NCBI GenBank assembly: GCA_965263355.1
Contig: CBDHHL010000032.1
Location: 96,001 to 160,000, forward strand
Direction of reading: 5' to 3'
Length of the DNA stretch: 64,000 nt
Source: Leptolyngbyaceae cyanobacterium
Lineage (GTDB): Bacteria; Cyanobacteriota; Cyanobacteriia; Phormidesmidales; Phormidesmidaceae
Each line of letters starts with the position of its first letter. The stretch's first letter is position 1. This document shows, piece after piece, positions 60,865-64,000 of the stretch. A program made the position numbers and the translations under genes. The notes under the pieces are model-generated. The model saw only the letters and a program-made list of their open reading frames with translations. It searched no databases and had not been told where the DNA came from.

Positions 60865-61431
60865 CTAAGCAGGGCACCAAAGATTATTTCTCGGTACCCC
60901 ATTAGCCCAAACAGGTGCTTGTGTGATTTGTGTATTTGCAGGATTAGCACGACTCAGCCAGACAACAGGGTCTTCTAAGTCCAGTACTTTCTCACCTTCA
61001 TCTGTAGTAATGGTTAGTAGCTGACGGTGGACGGTCATGCCGTGAATAGGTAACCAACCAGACTGACCTTGTAGTAGCAAATCACGGCTATGATCACGAC
61101 GGATAAACAAACGCCGTAGTACACGCCAGTCTTGCCATAGGCGTTTAGCATTGTCACAATTTAGATAATAATCAGGCAACACTTCGAGAGGCATATAATC
61201 CCGAACAGGGTAATGCTTCTCGATGGTGACCTGACCCCAGCTAAATCCAAAAATAATATTCAAAGCGCTACATATACGCTGCAGTAGTCTTATCCACAGT
61301 CTTGGCTGATTATCATGGTGCGATGCCCAAACTCCATCACAGGGGATAGGGCTGTTAATCAAAAACATCCGATTGAACCAACGTTTAATGAGGTGCAATT
61401 TGGAACTCCTATGGGCTATTGACCTTGACAT
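60865..61431 (-). CDS. Hypothetical protein
   Basis: 188-aa ATG-started ORF, Trp/Arg-rich; no family recognised. Confidence 0.6.
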   Translation of the reverse strand: MSRSIAHRSSKLHLIKRWFNRMFLINSPIPCDGVWASHHDNQPRLWIRLLQRICSALNIIFGFSWGQVTIEKHYPVRDYMPLEVLPDYYLNCDNAKRLWQDWRVLRRLFIRRDHSRDLLLQGQSGWLPIHGMTVHRQLLTITTDEGEKVLDLEDPVVWLSRANPANTQITQAPVWANGVPRNNLWCPA

Positions 61432-61834
61432 AGTTCAGCATTCTGTCAAAGGATCTATGGACAGGAAAAAAATACAGAAATACATAGCGAATTCCGTATT
61501 TCTACGGATTCCAATGGTCAGACATCTATGGGTGGTCTTCATGTCTTAAAGATCCATGACCCTGTCAAGACCTGTCCATAGATCTTTAAGACCCCTGTAG
61601 ATATTGCCGTTTGTTGCCTATGATCTGTTACCCTTGCAAGTCTTGCAGATTTTTAGAATCCTTTAAAATTTAAAATGATTCTAGTCTGAATGTGACTATG
61701 ACTAAGTAGGTAGTTTCAATTAAACCTTAAAGGGGGTCTGGATAACTGATAACGTCCTTACCAGTTGCCGTGTTAAGGAATATTCATTGACAAATGAACC
61801 AGCCTTACCGCAATTAGAGGGCTGATTTTCAACT

Positions 61835-61872
61835 AAAAACGCTGAGCTTTTGTTCCAATAAAAGCTCAGCGT
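61835..61872. terminator. Terminator hairpin (minus strand)
   Basis: aaaaacgctgagctttt-gttccaat-aaaagctcagcgt. Confidence 0.7.
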
Positions 61873-61917
61873 CTATGTTAAATAGTGTTTTATTTCGGAG
61901 GTATTAAAAGGTAATGA

Positions 61918-62064
61918 CTAAAATGCTCTGAGAACAATCATCCGCATGATCAACATTGCCATGGCAGTACAGTAAACAACACAAAGACCATTAAAGAGCC
62001 ATAGCAAACTAATCATTGAAAAGTGGAGCCATGGATTAGTGTTAATTTGAGACGCAAAATTCAT
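61918..62064 (-). CDS. 48-aa hydrophobic small protein
   Basis: Manual translation MNFASQINTNPWLHFSMISLLWLFNGLCVVYCTAMAMLIMRMIVLRAF*; terminator 45 bp downstream. Confidence 0.5.
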   Translation of the reverse strand: MNFASQINTNPWLHFSMISLLWLFNGLCVVYCTAMAMLIMRMIVLRAF

Positions 62065-62538
62065 AGACGAATTAACTTACCATCTACCATCATTGTTGAT
62101 CTTAGTGATGCCAAAAATCTTGATCGAAAGATGCTTGAAAAGTTTAGGTTTATTTACCTTTGTTTACAACTTCTATAGGAATGATTAAATGACACAACGT
62201 TTCTAAGTCAAAACCTGTTTCAAAATAAGCTTAAACCCTAGCAAAATCTCCTTTCTTGAGAGAGTATCCAAATTCTCCAACACCTTAACCAAGTTTTTTA
62301 CAGGATGGATACTGGGGTAGTTAACCAGTGTACCAAAGGTATTGTTGTTCAGGTGTTGCGTTATCATAAGGGAAATAAGACCTTCTCTGGTGCTGATTGC
62401 AATGGTAACTTTTTTATTTTGTTTCAGCCTTACGTTTAGTTGACACCGAACCAGTGGCCACAAATTTCAGATGAACTGAAATTTGTTAAGTAACCCGAGT
62501 AATGAGAGCGTCGTACCCTCATAATGAGATAATATTTC

Positions 62539-64000
62539 ATGCAAGCTAGAAACAGCATGTCAGGTACTTTTAGGGTTGTTATTGCGATCACGATTTCCTT
62601 AGGTATCTTCTTTAGATTCTTTCACCTTGACCAAAAAGTTTATTGGTTTGACGAGGTTTACAGTACTACCCGAATGGCTGGGTACAGTATCAAAGACGTT
62701 CAACAATCGCTGTTTCAGAATCAGATTATTGCAGCTCCAAAACTACAGAAATATCAGCAGCCAAAACCTGACAGCACAATTGTAGATACTATCGATGTGC
62801 TGATTCAAGAAGATGCAAAGCATCCGCCCCTATACTACGGATTAGCGCATCTTTGGATGCGACAATTGGGTAGTTCCATTACTGCTTCAAGGGCGCTGCC
62901 AGCGTTGATCAGTCTGCTCGCTTTGCCCCTCATGTTTACGTTAGGGCTGGAATTGTTTTCATCTTGTGTAGTCGCTTATGTGGCAACGGTGTTGATAGCC
63001 CTCTCGCCGTTTGATATTTTGTTTGCGCAAACGGTGCGCCAGTATAGTTTGCTAACGGTATTGATATTGGCTAGTGGCTGGTTTTTGTTGAGGGCTATGC
63101 GCCTGCGGCGCTGGCAGAGTTGGGGATGGTATGCACTTGCCTGTGCACTGGGCTTGTATACTCATTTATTTTTTGTATTGACGCTATTGGGGCACGGGAC
63201 TTATGTGGGTGGCCGGCAAATTTCTATACTGAATAATTCAGGCTCTCCTAATCAGAAATCTAATATTCTTTTACCCTATCTAGTTTCAGTTATAGGAACC
63301 ATTGCTCTTTATGTTCCTTGGATTATTGCATTGCTAACGGGAGGTGATCGCACATTCACATCGTCAAGCTGGACCCATGAGCCTGTCGATTTTGCTTATT
63401 TACTCAAGTTTTGGATATTAAGTTTTAGCAGTTTATTTTTTGACCTGGATATGGGATTTGATCATCCCGTAACCTATGTACTGAGACTGCCTTTTATTGT
63501 TTTAGTCTTAGTTGCGTTATATCAAGTTCATATACACAGTTCTGATGTTGCTAGTGGATTTATTTGGACCTCAATTTTTGTACCTTTCCTGGCATTAGCC
63601 CTGCCGGATCTTGTTTTAGGAGGACAGCGCTCAGCGGTTACTCGATATCTCATTTGCTCATTTCCTGGTATTCAACTCGCAGTGGCTTATTTGCTAGGGA
63701 AATATCTATTACAACGCCGTATCTGGCAAGGAATTTGGGCCGTGATGCTGACGGCGAGTATTGCCTCTTGTGTCGTCAGTGCATACTCACCAACCTGGTG
63801 GAGTAAGGGTGTAAGCTACGCTAATGCTAAAACGGCAGCTGTGCTGAATAGTTTGGATGCACCTTTGCTAATTAGTGATCTCGGCCACCATTACCTTAAC
63901 CAGGGCAATCTCATTTCTCTGAGCCATCGTCTGAATGCCGATGTCCAGCTATTACTAATAGATGATGATGAGATCGCGGCGGGGCTGGTAGCCGTTCAAC
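62539..64000 (+). CDS. Glycosyltransferase family 39 / PMT-like membrane protein (partial, runs off window end)
   Basis: Not in ORF track. Translation from ATG 62539: ...LGIFFRFFHLDQKVYWFDEVYS...EDAKHPPLYY...SPFDILFAQTVRQYS; polytopic. Confidence 0.88.
   Translation, partial: MQARNSMSGTFRVVIAITISLGIFFRFFHLDQKVYWFDEVYSTTRMAGYSIKDVQQSLFQNQIIAAPKLQKYQQPKPDSTIVDTIDVLIQEDAKHPPLYYGLAHLWMRQLGSSITASRALPALISLLALPLMFTLGLELFSSCVVAYVATVLIALSPFDILFAQTVRQYSLLTVLILASGWFLLRAMRLRRWQSWGWYALACALGLYTHLFFVLTLLGHGTYVGGRQISILNNSGSPNQKSNILLPYLVSVIGTIALYVPWIIALLTGGDRTFTSSSWTHEPVDFAYLLKFWILSFSSLFFDLDMGFDHPVTYVLRLPFIVLVLVALYQVHIHSSDVASGFIWTSIFVPFLALALPDLVLGGQRSAVTRYLICSFPGIQLAVAYLLGKYLLQRRIWQGIWAVMLTASIASCVVSAYSPTWWSKGVSYANAKTAAVLNSLDAPLLISDLGHHYLNQGNLISLSHRLNADVQLLLIDDDEIAAGLVAVQ

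Noticed and set aside
61440..61600. Repeats considered as a mini CRISPR array
   Set aside because: Copies are in mixed orientation, irregularly spaced and degenerate; no cas genes in the window.
62203..62463. 86-aa minus-strand ORF
   Set aside because: GTG start, no motif, lies in the promoter region of the GT39 gene; unsupported.
202..63806. Many short ORF-track entries antisense to or out of frame within long genes (e.g. 901-1191, 3680-4051, 21749-22123, 45632-46081, 63564-63806)
   Set aside because: They overlap well-supported genes and have no recognisable motifs; shadow ORFs.

Overview
A 64-kb chromosomal window from a cyanobacterium: recurrent HIP1 octamer GCGATCGC, crtD, a HepC-like sugar transferase, DUF3318 and UPF0182. 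A filamentous non-heterocystous lineage is plausible but cannot be proven from this window. In order it holds: (1) a two-partner-secretion locus with an FhaC/ShlB pore and two filamentous-haemagglutinin-like genes, one broken around a ~100-bp duplication; (2) a ~21-kb, 17-gene minus-strand Wzx/Wzy exopolysaccharide cluster with two sulfotransferases, a methyltransferase, an acyltransferase and a secreted clan GH-A hydrolase, whose centre is visibly AT-rich; (3) housekeeping and accessory genes (crtD, a ClpC paralogue, ABC-ATPase, DUF2314, DUF2330-ankyrin, M23 peptidase, TSUP, EamA, dusB, DUF3318, WcaI-like GT); (4) a histidine kinase / sugar-binding protein / histidine kinase module with no response regulator or permease; (5) UPF0182, a NagB-like gene and a partial GT39 gene. 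The most notable signals lie outside the ORF track. One is an orphan 59-aa double-glycine-leader peptide gene with an 11-aa core repeated twice and differing only at synonymous sites. Others are two miniature-element families that have rewritten gene C-termini (two copies with perfect 8-bp target duplications), a pilin-like helix inside a DUF2330 protein, and a multi-copy inverted-repeat leader upstream of an unknown gene. No rRNA, tRNA or CRISPR array was seen. All calls are by eye; no searches were run.
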